Assembly: GCF_009914755.1 (NCBI RefSeq)
Contig: NC_060928.1
DNA length: 64,000 nucleotides
Strand: one strand, 5' to 3'
From: the human T2T-CHM13v2.0 reference genome, Homo sapiens
Position 1 is the stretch's first letter. Every line of letters starts with the position of its first letter. Both the position numbers and the translations under genes were made by a program. The notes under the pieces are model-generated. The model made no database searches. It was not told the DNA's origin and saw only the letters and a list, made by a program, of their open reading frames with translations. Positions 25,614-41,087 of this stretch are shown here, in pieces.

Positions 25614-25750
25614 GGCTGGGCATGGTGGCTCACACCTGTAATCTCAGCACTCTGGGAGGCAGAAGAGAGGATTGCTTGAGGCCAGGAGTTCGAGACCAGC
25701 CTGGGCAACAGAGCAAAACCTTTTCTCAAAAAAAAAAAAAAAAAAAAAAA
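25614..25750 (+). mobile_element. FLAM_C / free left Alu monomer
   Basis: Single monomer plus poly-A; TSD AA(T/C)CTCAAGATAG. Confidence 0.88.
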
Positions 25751-26177
25751 CCTCAAGATAGTAATGTGGCCAAGAATGAAATGATCTTAAATACAGAAAA
25801 TGTAAGATAGTAGATGATTTGCGACAGTCACAATTACAGTCCACATACTTTATCTCCCAGAATCTCAAATCATCATCATCTTCATTAGCAGCAGCAGTGG
25901 TTATTCTCTTCTACTATCCCTTACCACTTAATGTGCAGTAAGCATCTGTAAGATAATGCCCTGGAAACCTAAAATAAACCCAAATATATATGATCTTTTG
26001 ATGTCTCCTCATTGCTTCCAGATAATGTCCTTTACTTAACACATAAGGCTTTTGGTGATCTGGCCCTTGCCTATCTCTCCAGCTTTGACTCCTGCTACCT
26101 TTCCTTTGAGACTTTGTATATGTGTTCCTTCTGTCTAGAATCCATTCATTCAAAAAACTTGTTGTATACCACCTGTA

Positions 26178-26494
26178 AGTCGGGCGCCATGGCTCAAGCC
26201 TGTAATCCCAGCACTTTGGGAGGCTGAGACCAGTAGATCACCTTAGGTCGGGAGTTCAAGACCAGCCTGGCCAACATGGTGAAACCCCGCATCTACTGAA
26301 AATACAAAAATTAGCTGGGTGTGGTGGCACACACCTGTAGTCCCAGCTTCTGGGGAGGCTGAGGCAGGAGAATCTCTTGAACCTGGAATCAGAGGTTGTA
26401 GTCAGCCAAGATCGTACCACTGCACTCCAGCCTGGGCAACAGAGCAAGACTCTGTCAAAATAATAATAATAATAATAACAACAACAACAATAAA
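26178..26494 (+). mobile_element. AluS with (TAA)n(CAA)n tail
   Basis: Alu dimer with a microsatellite tail. Confidence 0.93.
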
Positions 26495-26899
26495 GAACAC
26501 CAACCATGTGCCCTTCCATGAATGTCTACCTGGAAAACTCTTCATCCTTCAAGACTCAAAATCTCCTCCTTGAAGTTTCCTTCCTCAAGGAAAGTTGATC
26601 CCTACCCTTTTTACTTTTTAAATAATGCCGCCATTGTGCCTTGAACACAAACCTGGTACAGACTGGAACCACAGTGAATGTTTTTTTAAGGGAGTAAAAC
26701 CAAAACTATACAAGTGAATATATTCTAATTATCAAAAGTTTAAACGAGCATGAAGTAGTGAAAGTAAAAACTAACAATATTCTTTACCTTTTACCTCCTT
26801 CAGTCCTACTCCCCCCTCAGAAATAATTGTAGTTAAGAGTTTGGGGCATATTTTTTTCAGGCTTTTTTCAATACTTGTCTATAATAGCCAGTTTTACAT

Positions 26900-27110
26900 G
26901 TTTAAAAGCAGAGCTCCTGGAGCCAGGCTGCCTAGAACAGAATTTGAGTCTGCCTTTTTAATATTTTTGGGGTTTGAGGTGAATTATTTATCCTTGCTGG
27001 GTCTGTTTCCTTATCTATACAACGGCAATAATAATAGTACCTAGCTGATTAAGTGAATTAATACATAAAGCAAGTACAGTGCCTAACATGTAGTATGTTT
27101 TTAAGAAGTG
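26900..27110 (+). mobile_element. MIR
   Basis: CTGGAGCCAGGCTGCC...TTTCCTTATCTATA...AATAATAGTACCTA. Confidence 0.6.
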
Positions 27111-27521
27111 TTTGTTAGATATGCTATGCAAGTATAGGATTTTATGTTGCTTTTAAAAATACATAAGTGAAATTATACTGTACTTACTGTTCTGCAACTT
27201 GTTTTTATTTTCGCTTAACAATATATCTACCTCATTTTATAATATGGATATACTATGCTGTATTTAACCATTCATTATTTAATTTGTTTGTAAATTGATT
27301 GCCACGAGAATATTTTCCAGAAAATCCCTAAAATTTTTGAGTCATAGTATATACACACTTTGTTTATTTGTGCACTAACAAATTGCTGTATGAGGAGGAT
27401 GTTTTTAAATTCCCATCAACAGCCCTAACCAGCAGGAATCAAGAGTGAATCAAGTACACACTGGGCAAGACACATCTCCCTGGTCACATAACCTCATGAA
27501 CAAGTGTCAAGAAACCTTGGA

Positions 27522-27896
<375 letters not shown>

Positions 27897-27988
27897 TTAA
27901 TATCTCCTTTCCCTACACTCAGCAGTTCCAGCCTTCCCATGACCCCATTGTCTGCCTTGAGTCTACCAGGACTGTCTTTGTTAGGCCC

Positions 27989-28349
27989 TGTATTGGTTCA
28001 TTTTCACACTGCTGATAAAGACATACCCAAGACTGGGCAATTTATAAAGAAAAAGAGGCTTAATGGACTCACAGTTCCACGTGGCTGGGGAGGCCTCACA
28101 ATCATGGAAGAAGGCAAAAGGCACATCTTACATGGTGGCAGACGAGAGAGAATGAGAGCCAAGTGAAAGGGGTTTCCCCTTATAAAGCCATCAGATCTCA
28201 TGAGACTTATTCACTACCATGAGAACAGTATGGGGGAAACTACCCTCATGATTCAATTATCTCCCACCTGCTCCTTCACACAACACGTGGGAATTATGGG
28301 AGCTACAATTCAAGATGAGATTGTGTGGGGGCACAGCCAAACCATATGA
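27989..28349 (-). mobile_element. THE1B-like solo LTR
   Basis: GCTGATAAAGACATACCCAAGACTGGGCAATTT...; perfect TSD GGCCC. Confidence 0.92.
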
Positions 28350-28464
28350 GGCCCTTTACCTACATGTTTATAAGACTCACCGTAAAATCTCCAGACTCCA
28401 AGCCACCTCTCCTCTCCCATCATATCTGCCCATTTCTACTTCTAGCTCCATCTCCCACATATTC

Positions 28465-28763
28465 TTTTTTTTTTTTTTTTTTTTAGATGGAGTCTCACTT
28501 TGTCAACAAGGCTGGAGTGCAGTGTCGCAATCTTGGCTCAATGCAACCTCCGCCTCCCGGGTTCAAGGGATTCTTCTGCCTCAGCCTCCTGAGTAGCTGG
28601 GACTACAGGTGCATGCCACCATGCCTGGCTAATTTTTGTATTTTTGGTAGAGATGGGGTTTCACCATATTGGCCAGGCTGGTCTCAAATTCCTGACCTCA
28701 TGATCTGCCCGCCTCGGCCTCCCAAAGTGCTTGGATTACAGGTATGAGCCACCACACCTGGCC
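28465..28763 (-). mobile_element. AluS
   Basis: Reverse dimer; TSD CACATATTCTTT. Confidence 0.95.
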
Positions 28764-28779
28764 CACATATTCTTTACCA

Positions 28780-29745
28780 AACTCTTGAACCCCTTTCCTT
28801 TGTTTCTTCCGGAACTCAAGATCCTTCCTCAGCAAAATCTGCTACATATTCATCCCCTTTTGTGAAGGAGTTTCCTTTACCTTCTTGCTCTGCAGAAAAC
28901 CTGGTTGTCTGAGGATGCTTCTTCCCTTACAGTCTTCTCAAGTCAGGGCTGATTTTTCTACTACATCCTTCTATATTTATGGGCCTGGAATGACTTTAGG
29001 TCTCTTTGATCTTTTTTCTTTTTTTCTGCTTCAGACCATTCTCCCTCCTTTCTCCCCAGCTTTGAATGTAATGTCATCAAATGATATTACCAGCTAATCT
29101 TGTTGTTGCAATTTCTCTCTGTCCCTGAGCCCCTCCCAATTTCTCTATGACTTTAGCTCCTGACTCATTATCACTCTCTTCCACACATTTTCTGTATTAA
29201 TTTTTGAAAAGTCAGCATATACGTAGATGATCTTTCTAACACCCTGGCCTCTCAGTTTCTTGAATTCCTTTCTATCTTGTCCTACACCCTACCCCAGCCA
29301 TTATGCATGATCACACTCTAGAAGTTATTGCAACAACTAACTAAAACCCTTCCATAATCTTAATTTCATGCACCTTACTCTCTGACCTTACCACCTCCTG
29401 TAGTTGCAGGTCACTCCCTGTATTAGCACAACTCTAGCAATCCTTCAATCTTTTCAGAACCTCTAATCCATTGATCTACCCTTTTTTGTTTATTCCAGTG
29501 GCCCCTTACCCAGCTTGAAACCCACAACCATCATCATAACGATTCCCTGCATAATGTGCTCAACCCCCTTGCTCCCTCTCCCTTCTTTATATTCACTTGG
29601 CAAAACCAACTGTACTCAGCCATGCTTCTACTTGTGCAGCTGGATGAGCCTGGAGGAAAACACACAGTGGCACTGTCTTGCCCCACATTAAATCAGGACC
29701 AAGAATGTCAAGTGGGTTCTTACACTGCCTGGCCATCATAACACA
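28780..29745 (+). mobile_element. L2 internal (ORF2-region) remnant
   Basis: GTAGATGATC...AACACCCTGGCCTCTCAGTT and TCAACCCCTTGCTCCCTCTC resemble L2. Confidence 0.6.
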
Positions 29746-30403
29746 GAAGGCAGTAGGGGATGGGGGTGAGTAGAAATATGTGAAGAGTTATACCTTGTTT
29801 CAAGAAAGGATAACAATATGGATTAACTCTATGAGGTGACAGAAAAATATACACTGAAATATATGTTATTTATCAACAACTACTATTGTTTTTATAAATT
29901 ATTTTCCCTTCAGGATGTTACTCTTGGGGATAGGGACTACCACTCAATAGATTCTTAGAGAATTTAATTTTGACTAGAATTTTTTTGTTATAGGTAATGA
30001 TGTAAACTGATAAAGATGGTAGTAGGGGTGGGAGTGATGCTGATGGCATGGACCTAGGTATTTCCTAAATGTATTTTATCTATATGCCATTCTCCTTAAC
30101 CTTGATAGTCTTTATGTTCTTGGTAAGCAATAACTGAATGTGCTTACAGGGCTAGACTGAAGTTTTTAGATCCGAGAACATTATGGCTTCTTCAGAGCAG
30201 AAGTCATATATTCTTTGTGAATCTCCATCCCATGGCCCAAATCCATTTTGTTTCTTTTCCCATTGCTATTTTTTTTATTACTGATATTTTTGGCCCATAT
30301 TTAAGGTATAAACCTACTTTGGGAGCAAGGGATTAAATTGGATAAGAGGTAGATAATCTTAGTAATAATCCTTTCCTTAAAACCTTTTTTAAATGAATAA
30401 TCT

Positions 30404-30683
30404 GGCCTGTAATCCTAGTACTTTGGGAGGCCGAGGGGGGCAGATCATGTGAGGTCAGGAGTTTGAGACCAGCCTGGTCAACATGGTGAAGCCCCGTCTC
30501 TACTAAAAATATGAAAAAAAATTAGTTGGGTGTGGTGGTGGGTGCCTGTAATCCCAGCTACTCAGGAGGCTGAGACAAGAGAATCACTTGAACCCAGGTG
30601 GTGGAGGTTGCAGTGAGCCAAGATGGTGCCATTGCACTCCAGCCTGGGTGATGAGAGTGAAACTCTGTCTCAAAAAAAAAAAA
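30404..30683 (+). mobile_element. AluS with a 5' internal deletion
   Basis: GGCC joined directly to TGTAATCC; flanking AATAATCT repeats. Confidence 0.92.
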
Positions 30684-33164
30684 TTAATAATCTGATGTAT
30701 TACCTCCTATAAAAGTTTTGGATTTAAAAAAAAGGTTACTAGGATGCCTAACCAATGAAAAAGAGTGCAAATAAGTAGTCCATGAACTGATTCCTTTAAA
30801 TGGCATATTCTGAGATTTTTGTTTTTAGTTTTTGTCATAATTTGTCTTGGTAATAGAATTATTAAAAAAAATGATTCGGGTAAGGGACAGATTTTGGCAG
30901 CCTCATGTTTTATAATTAAGTAAATACGTTATTATAATGTAGAATTTTAGAGCTTTTTAAAAAGCCACATAGGTTTTTGCATGTGACACAAGTCAAGATT
31001 GAGACTGATTGATGATAATTATCAGTGTATTAAGCATGTATTTATGTCATTTATCTAGCATGTACTGCCTTCAAACTTTCCTGAATTAGCAAAAATTCTT
31101 CCCTATATTTCTTTTTAGTAACTCACTGATATATGATAAATGATGAAGAAAATAAATGTTAAGCCTTTCATTTTTGCCATTGTTAAATGGTTTAAGGCTT
31201 TGATTTTCTATAACTATTTTATACTCTAAGAAAAAAGACAAGAATTTTTTCCTATAAAATCTCAGTATCTTATTTCTTAGTCACACTTTAAAACTGAAGA
31301 GATTAGTAATTTTTTCTATGTCAATATGTGAAATATGCAATACAAAATTGTACAAACCCATTTAATTCCATTCTCTGTCTTTTGTCAATCAAACATCCTC
31401 CCTGATAAGAGCTCAATTATTTGATTAATTATAAATCGCTATTTTTTGATATGATATTCACAGTAGAATAATTTATAATAGACAAAATTACAAACAATAA
31501 GATCTTGGTGTTCAGTGGGATTTATGGTGTTTTCATGCAATGGAATACCGAACTGACACAAAAGTCATGTTAGAGAAGAATATTTATAGATGTGGGGAAA
31601 AGTTCATGATATCCATTACACAAAAATTGTGAGCTATGGAAGTTTTATGTATAGCTGCACGCTGTATTTTTTCATCAAACCAACATAGCAAAAATGCTAC
31701 AAAAACTTACACTTATTCCTGGGGGCAGGAAGCGGGAGAAGGCATTGAGGATGTTTTATGATTCTTAAATTTTTCTTTAGTTTTTTCTATGTTTTTCAAA
31801 GTTTCTGCACTGACCATCTGTTAGCTCAGTAAGTAGAAAAAAACCTTTTTAACCTAATTGCTCAAATTTAAATGGTTTTATTTAATTTCATTATCCAAAT
31901 CAGCCAATATTTATTGAATGCCAGCCTAGTGTAAGACACTGTAGGAAGACATTTTTAAAACAATTTTCCCTGCATTCAAAGAGCTTCCAGATTCCAGTTT
32001 TAGAAGAATTAGGTGTAAAAATTATAAAATGTTAAAAAAATCAATAAAGTTTAAAGAAGTAAATCCAGGCATGGAAAGGTGATAAGTGACATATGATTGA
32101 TTATAGGGGCACTTATTGCTAGAGGATCACTTACTCTCTGTTTAACATTCTTGTGTTAAATCTGATAAAATACGAATCTAAACAATCCATGCTTTTTTCT
32201 TTCCTATTTGTGCAAAAACCTGGTTGTATTTCACTGGTGACCTCATCATTAGTGAATAATCCTTTTCTTGAGTTTAATTTCAGTGGCATTTAGTAAAGGA
32301 AGCACAGGTTTGGAACCTCCTAGTTCCTTGAGTGCAGGAGTATACACTTATCATTTCAGACAAATCCTTTGTCTGAGATTTTTATTTAGATACAGGCTAT
32401 AAAGTTTTCTTCCTTCCCTAATTCCTGATGTGGATTGAAAGATAGAGGAGGGGAAAAAGACACATCTTTTTGCTGTGGAGCTCTTAATATCTTTTCTAAG
32501 TGATAGAAGGGAGAGTATAGTAAGCTAATCAGTCATTTAGTCAATGGCTATTTTTTGAGAGATACATAGAAATATACTAGCACCAAAGCACAGTGCTGCA
32601 TGCCAGTCAGTGAAGTGGCAAAATAAAGAGGATGGAACTGAAGGTATTTAAATAATTTCAAATAAGGATCCTAACTTTATTTTTCACCCTCAGTATTTAA
32701 CCATCTTTGTTCATTCCTCCCATGGGAAACACTGGGAATGAATTATTGTCATTCAATGAGGCTAATTCTACTGTAAAGCAATATGCTACTTAGCACCATT
32801 AAGAAAAATAGTATTTTTTAAACCTATAATAACAGAAACTGATGGTTTAAGTTTCCCTGAATGTTATCTATGGGTAGGTAACACAAATAATTGTTGAATC
32901 ATATTCTTCTGTCACACCATATAGATTTTCCCAGATCTCCTTCCAGAGTAATTTTCAAAACCATGTGTGAGAATATGTATTTTCCCCCAGAGGGGACGTA
33001 AGCACAGGATAAATTTTAAAAGTGGTACAATAAAAGTGATAACAGGGTCTTAATGACATTTCTTCATGCCTGATAAGTGAGAATGATGCAGGGATAATTA
33101 TTTCTCCATAGCACTTGTGAATTATATTTATCTAATGAAAATTTTTTTTTCTCCCTATTATTGA

Positions 33165-33310
33165 TCCTTCCCTCCTTTCCTCTCTCTCTTCCTTCCCTCC
33201 TTCCTTTTCTTCCACTGTAAAAAATTGTCTTTTTTCTCTCCCCTATCTTTTTCCCTCCCTCTTTCCCTCCCTCCTTCTTTCCCTCCCTCCCTCCCTCCCT
33301 CCCTTCCTTT
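33165..33310 (+). repeat. Polypyrimidine (CCCT/CCTT)n low-complexity tract
   Basis: CCTTCCCTCC...CCCTCCCTCCCTCCCT visible directly. Confidence 0.85.
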
Positions 33311-33665
33311 AATAATTTGCATAGATATGTTTGAAATTAGATTTCTACAGCTACTGCTGGAGAGTGAGGGGGGTCTTTTCTTATCAATTTAACAAATAAA
33401 AAGGTTTATAAGCTGTGTTCTCTGGGACAAAACAAATATGGTTGCTCGAAAAAAACAACAGTAGCCTCCTTATTGAAACAGACCTCTTCAACAGCTCCTT
33501 TAAAAACTAAAAAATAATTTATTTAAAATAAAATAAGTATATTCTAACAAATGAATACTTTATTCAAGTAATACATTTGGTGTAAAAAATTTACATCACT
33601 ATTTTTCCATAATATTAGAAAATTATTTCTCTGAAATAAAAACCTTCATTAAAGGATAACTTCTT

Positions 33666-33996
<331 letters not shown>

Positions 33997-35537
33997 TTAT
34001 AAGCCTGTTAAAACATACAAATTTCTCATTTAAGTGAATTTACCATTTACATTAAATAATATTTATCGAGCACCTGTACCTTTCTCTACCTGAAGCTAGA
34101 AATTCTGCTAATCAAATTACTGACAGAATAGGTAATACCCCCGACCTTTCCAGGAGTCACTGGTCACTGTTTATATTATTAATTAGTCAGTAAATTCTGA
34201 AGTAAATTTAGGATTTTTTAAAAAAGATATGGCAATTGTTTTTTTCTTTACTACATTTGGCCAACTGAATATTCTCTTTTTTTCTTTTTTTTTTCACATG
34301 CCCATTGTGTCAAATGAATATTCTTGATGTTATATTTTTACCTGAAAATTTAAAAATTCTGAATAATTTCTCACACTCTAAATTCCCAGAGGATAACAAG
34401 AAGAGATAAAGGAAACTTTATGATCTTTCCAATGCTCCTCCCTTCCTCCTAGTGATATGAGGAATAAACATAATAGCGTTTATTGAATGGCTTGGGGGGA
34501 AAAGCATTCTGCTGTCTAGAGTCAGAATATTAGAGTTGGAATCCTAAGAGAATACCTTGCCCAACACCCTCATATTACATGTGAGAAGAATAATGAGCCA
34601 TGAAGAAGCTAACTGACTTCCCCCATGTCACATGGTTGGCTAATTCCCTCACAAATCTGCCCATCTCTCTGCTTCAGTATTCTCCCAGTTGCTGAATGAG
34701 AAACTGCTCCCTTCCTCTTCAATCTCTCCCCAGCTCCCATCAGTTGCACCTCTGAACCACCTCTTCTTTGTATTCCCACTGCCTCCTTCCCAGTTCAGAT
34801 ACTCATGATCCCCAGCCCATGTTCTTGCAGCAGTTTGCCACTGTTCTCCTGATGTCCAGTGTCCAGGTTTCTTCTTCTCCCCAGCTTTCACTTCATTGCA
34901 TTTTCTGCTACTAGAGTCATCTTTTACATCCAGACCAGATGCTGTCCTTCTTCTATAATCCCTGAATGACTTCCTGACCCCTGAATATAAAAAAGTTATT
35001 TTTCTTTTCTCTTTTATTTTTAACATTTCAATTCAAAGAAGGATGTGATTCAGTATGTATCATAGATACATAATAATATAAACAGTCTCTTTTCTCAAGA
35101 GCTTAGAGCTTTATTAGGAAAAAATCCATATATTAAAAAAGAATAATAATCTTTATGATACTTGAAATGATTTCACGTGTATCATCTAACGAGCTTTATA
35201 TATGATTCTGTATATCCAATATTTGCAAAATTTAAGGGACTTTTTTCTTTTATGTAATATTTGACATAAAAAGTAGATATATATATAATGCATATGTAAA
35301 TTATGGAGCATCAAAGAAAAATAAACCCTTATGTACCCACTTGTATTAGGGTTCTCCAGAGAAACAGAACCAGTAAAAGATACATGACTTCATAACATTA
35401 TACTCACTCTTACCTAATTATAAGCCTGTTTAAACATACAAATTTATCCTTTAAGTGAATTTACTGTTTACATTAAATAATATTTATTGAGTGCCCACAC
35501 CTTTCTCTACCTAAGCGAGAAATTCTTCTTTATGTAA

Positions 35538-35605
35538 ATATATATACACATACACACACACACACACATGTGCATGCATACACGCACACACACACACATA
35601 TATAC
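35538..35605. repeat. Alternating purine-pyrimidine (TA/CA/TG) microsatellite
   Basis: About 68 bp of strictly alternating R/Y. Confidence 0.85.
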
Positions 35606-35641
35606 CCACATGTATAAAGGAGATCTATTACGAAGAGATAG

Positions 35642-35943
<302 letters not shown>

Positions 35944-36299
35944 ATGAAGAGATTTATTATGAGAAATTGGCTAATATGATTACGGGGGCTGAGAATCCCA
36001 CTATTTGCTTTTTACAAACTGGAGACCTGGAAAACCCAGTGATGTAATTCAATCTGGCCTTTAATCAAGACAGGGTAAATCATCAGTGGGCTTCATGTCT
36101 TTTCCCATCTTATACTATTTCTTGTAAGATCAAAGCATTTGGCCCAATTTGAATGTCCTAAACTCATCAAAGTAAGGTGACAGGGAATGAAGACAAGTTC
36201 CTTTTAATAACCCTGGCTTCTTTGTTCTCTGACAATCTTCAAAGAGTACTTTGCTCCTGAGGACAATCTTGTGAGAGCAAAGCAAGTAAATATCCTTAT

Positions 36300-37510
36300 T
36301 TTTGTGTCTTCATGTCTTTCATCAGTGATGCAAAATTATTAGCCATTTCTCTTGGAGAAGATTCTGTCCATTCTTTCATTTCTCTTTATCTGGAATTTCA
36401 ATTAGGTGTTTGTTTAACTTTCTCATTTTATTCTCTGTGCCCCTTAATACCTCCTTAATATTTTTCTTCTCCTAATACTTCCTTGCTACATTCTGGACAG
36501 TTCCATTCATTTATTCAGCAAATATTTATTTAGCAGTTACTAGTGGTAAACACTATTTTGGGCAGTTGAGTACCTCAGGGAACAAAATAAATGCATCCCT
36601 ACCCAGGAGGCGCTTACATTTGAAGAGATGAAATTAAGAAACAGACAATAAATGATAAATATAGTAAGCAAATTATGTAGAATGTAGAAGGTGATAAATG
36701 CCACGAAAAAAGGCAAGTAAATGCCATGAAAAAGGAGAACAAGATAATTCCCTCTCTGTTTTTATTGGTCATTTAACATTCAATTAAGTTTTTATTTTAA
36801 ACAATTATTTTTTTATTTCTAAATGTTCTACTTGATTATTTTTCAAACCTGTCTGGTCACTTTTGAAAGTCTATGGTTTCTGCTCATTTAAAAAGTTTCA
36901 CATTTTACTGCTAAGATTATCCAAGGAATAGTAATTTTATATAATTACTAATTACAATAATAAAAGTTTTGAAGATCTCTGTATTTATTGCTTATTTCTA
37001 TTTACTCACAAAGGTAGATTTTCCTTTGTGTGTTTGATAGTTTATTTTAAAATTATTTTTATTATGAGTTTGTTTCAGATTGAATGTAGTCTGTGAAAAT
37101 TCTAAGGGCCTAAAGTGAAATTACTTCAGAGAAGATTTGGATTTTCTTTTGCTGGGAGCCAGGAGGCTGTGCTGATCTGGAATGACATTAGCCCTTCTGA
37201 GAATCCAGTTGTAAATGTTGAAATCTCAGGTTAAATTCTTACCTAGGGATTGGGATTGGCGTGAGATTTAGGTGTAGTATTCTGGTCCCAGTGCTGGTAC
37301 AGGTGTTGCTCCTCAGATTAGTGAAGGCTTCTTACCATTTCCATTTCAACTCAATGTTTTTGTTTTGGTTTGGAGGCAAGAGCTAGCCCTAAGCTATTTC
37401 TCTTCTTTTTGAGCTCAGCAATTCTTTAAAAAGCATCATTTTAAAAATAGTTATTAACGAATTGGGGGTATTATAGTGGAGAACCATTCAGGGTATCTAG
37501 TCTGCCATGC
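36300..37510 (-). mobile_element. Old L1ME/HAL1 remnant with an L2 3' end at ~36500-36745
   Basis: T-rich antisense LINE-like sequence; CATTCATTTATTCAGCAAATATTTATT is an L2 tail. Confidence 0.45.
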
Positions 37511-40144
37511 TGCTAGAACTGAACTCAACACTAAGTTACCTTTCCTATTCCTATCCTGCAGCTTCTCACTAATTCAGCATCCTTTCCTCACTGCACTCCC
37601 AGTTCAATCTGGTACCTCATATTACCACACCTAGTATTTACATGCCTTTGTTTGTGCAATAGCCTTCATATCTATCTTCCCCTACTCCCAATAAATGAAC
37701 TTCCACACTTTTCTTTGCTGCCCAGAGAAATTCTATCTGCCTTTTAAGCCTACTAGAAGGTCAGCTGTTCTGAAAACTTCCCCTAACCACCATGCCTCAC
37801 CTCTCCAAGGCAGAATTACTTCCTCCTTTATAAACTAATATCATTACCCTTGATACTAGGGTAGAGAATTGAGATTACTTGGGTAGAGATCAGCCTGCCA
37901 ATTTGGTATTAAAGAACCATATCTTAGTCATCTGTGTTTCCCTAATGCATAATGTGGCCATTCAATAAATCTGACAATTTAACCTAATTGTGGGATTCGC
38001 GATTGCAGTTTTGGTTGCACAACTCCCAGTTTACTCCCCTTAGGCATTCACTGCTCTTGGACGTTGCTATTATTACTCAGGAAGATTTTCTTGGCTTCAG
38101 ATGTGGGAGTTTTGTGTATATCATTTGTCCTTCACACTCCGAGAATATTCTGATAGGTTTTTTTTAATCATACTCCCTTCTGTCAACAGAGTTTAAATTC
38201 TTTCTTAAAAATAGGATTGCCAGCATAAAACATTATTATTACTGCTAAAAATGGTGGTAAAACATATAGCTATGTTTACTTAATTACAATATTTCATTAG
38301 ATACGGTCATTATTGGCCTGCACAAATTTTCAGAATGATTTACTTCTTAAGAATTTTGAAAGCTGGGAAAGTGGTATTCTTTACTTTTAAAAATTATATT
38401 TATAGTATATGAAGACATTTTAATTGTTAAAAAATTATTCTAATAATATCAAAGTATTTTGATTAAAAGTGTAAGTCCCTTTTCCCACAGTACCACTTCT
38501 ACCTCATGGGTACTACTACTAACAATTTAGTGTATATCTTTCAAACATTGATATAGATATTGATATAGAATATAGCCATTAAGTTACAGTGCTATTTCCT
38601 TTACTAGAGAGCAAAAGGTCAAATTACATTGATTTTTCTGTCATTGAGTATTCATTTGATGTCAGCAATAGAAAAATAAACAAATATATATCAAGCTCAA
38701 TACCAATCACATTGGATGCTAGGACACTAGCAATGACATTTTTATCTTGCATTGGACAGCTTATGATGGAATGAGTTTGTGAGGTTCATAAGAATCAGGA
38801 AAAAAAGGGGTAATTAAAAGCAACTCTAATGACAAAATCACAATACATCATGCTTAAGTAGTTATATAAAGCCATTATTCTGTCCAGTGGGGGTAATTTT
38901 TTTCCATTTTTTCCCAACTTATGGAAATTAGTTATATATTGCTTTTTAGCATATAGAGACCTGGCTTTAAAAAGCTTCTAGATCCCTAATTACTCTTAAA
39001 GTAACATTTTGTTTCCTGTATAATTTAGAAAAAAGCCTCTGAAAGCCTATGATCCTTTTATTTATAAAAAATAAAAAAGGGGAACATAATTTATGACCAA
39101 GAATTTTCAAATGAAGTGTGTTAAGAACACACTTATTTAATCTCTGGATGAAGGGTTTGCATCCCAATTCCAAGCATAGAATCTTGGAAGGAACTGAAAA
39201 GACCTTGTAAGTAACCAAGGGCAAATTCTTTTCTTTGCCGAAAAACGAGGGAATTTTGATCCTCCCCAGAATACTGCAGGAAGAGCACCAGGATCCCAGA
39301 AGTCCTGGGTTTGGATCTCAGCTCTGTCATTCTAAGCCTGAGTTCTCTTCTTAAACTGTGGTGAGAATAGCTATGGCATGGGGATGTAGTCAATGAGATT
39401 AGTAAATTACATGAAGTAGATGTGCCTGCCCTGTCCTTATACCAAATTAGAGAAAAGAGTCCACAGTGTTTTTTCCCTTCCCCATTCCACCTTGTCTAAG
39501 GGTACAGATCTAAGTTGTAGGAAAAGGGGGGCAAGAGTCTAAATCATCTGACTTACAGGCCAGTTAGCTTCCCATGAATTTCTTTTAACCAAGCCCTGAT
39601 GCCTTTCACCCTCTTCATGGAGATTATTTCCGGTCCTTAGACACACAGATGCCCCTTCACTATGAATGCCAACTGTGTTCTTGGCTGATGATGGATCATG
39701 GCAGTCCCCTTCTTCCCCTTCTATGACTTTCCTTTGCCTTCAGGATAAAGTCCACCTCCTTAACATAACCTAAAAGGCCCCTGTTGACCTCTCTACCCTC
39801 TGTGTTTCCTCTTCTCCTTAGACACTCAGACCCAGCCACACTGAACTATTCTCAAGTACTCTGTTACCTCCATGCATTTGCACAATCCCCTCACTCCTCA
39901 CTAAGCAAATTCATACCGACACATTTTGTTTGTTCCAACTTAACATGTGATCCTTTCTGGGAAGTCTTACTCGACCTTGGATCTCATGCTCCTCATCATA
40001 GAACATATCCTAACACTGTGTAGTAATGGATGATTGACTTATGTGACTGCTCTGCTCAGCTACAACATCCTTGAATCTTGAAGAGACTGTGTGTTATTAA
40101 TCTTAATATCTGTCACAGCTTGCACAATACTTTGCACTATAATT

Positions 40145-40430
40145 CTATTATTTATTTTTAGCTTTTTAGTTGAAGTAGACCATACATTCCAAAAGTTCAT
40201 AAATCATGTATGTACAGCTTAATGAATTTTAACAAATAAAACTTCTGCCATAACTAGCATCAATCAAGGAACAGAACATTAGTCCAGAATCCCTCTCCAT
40301 GCCCTTTTTCAGTCATTACTCCTCTTATTTCTAATACAATACAGTGTTTTTGAACTTTATATAAATGAAATCATACAGTACATATCTTCTTTTGTGTCTG
40401 CCTTCTTTTGCTCAATATTATGACTGTAGG
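40145..40430 (-). mobile_element. L1M 3' end fragment
   Basis: GTACAGCTTAATGAATTTT...AACAGAACATT...TTTTGAACTTTATATAAATG. Confidence 0.65.
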
Positions 40431-40559
40431 ATTCTAAAAGCTTTTTAAAAAAATGGGTAATATTGCTGTATCTAAGATTTTAATCAATGTATATGAGAGG
40501 TTTTCTATATCACCACTTCAGAAAGAAGGCAGCTATTTTGAGGCACAGATGAAATCCCT

Positions 40560-41087
40560 CTCTAGTGGTTGTGGTGATAGCCTGCTCAGCATTCTTTTTT
40601 GTGATTTCTATCAACCCAATTTTGTTCAGGTGTACACCCCTCTATGGAAAGCCCAAGTGACTCCCAGTGGACGGGTCTGGTTGGTAAGCTTTCTCCCCCT
40701 TGTCAGGGATTGGCTCAGGAATGGGAGTCTCCATTTCAGCCACTGAGGAAATGTTGCTGGGGTTCGAGGTATCTTTTTGCCTCCTACTCCAGGAATGCAT
40801 GCAGAAGCAACCCTGTCACTCTTCTCCTGGATGTGTCATGTGTGGGCAGTAGGTTCAGACACTAAGGCTACTCTGGTCGCCTTTGTCCTTGAGGATGAAG
40901 TTGATACAAAGAGGAAGACAGAGCCAAGAATCACAAAGAAATAGGGCTTGCTACTGCATTAAGCCATCCTCGAGCCTGTGCTACCTCTAAGTTTCTAGTT
41001 ACATCATGTCATCCAGCAAATTTCATTATTGCTTAATGTAGTTTGAGTTTTTTTTTTAAATACAACTAAAGGCACTTTAACTGGTAT
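40560..41087 (+). mobile_element. Old LTR (MLT1J/K or LTR33-like)
   Basis: GATTGGCTCAGGAATGGG and a 3' end TTGCTTAA...GTTTGAGTT...CAACTAAAGGCA. Confidence 0.45.
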
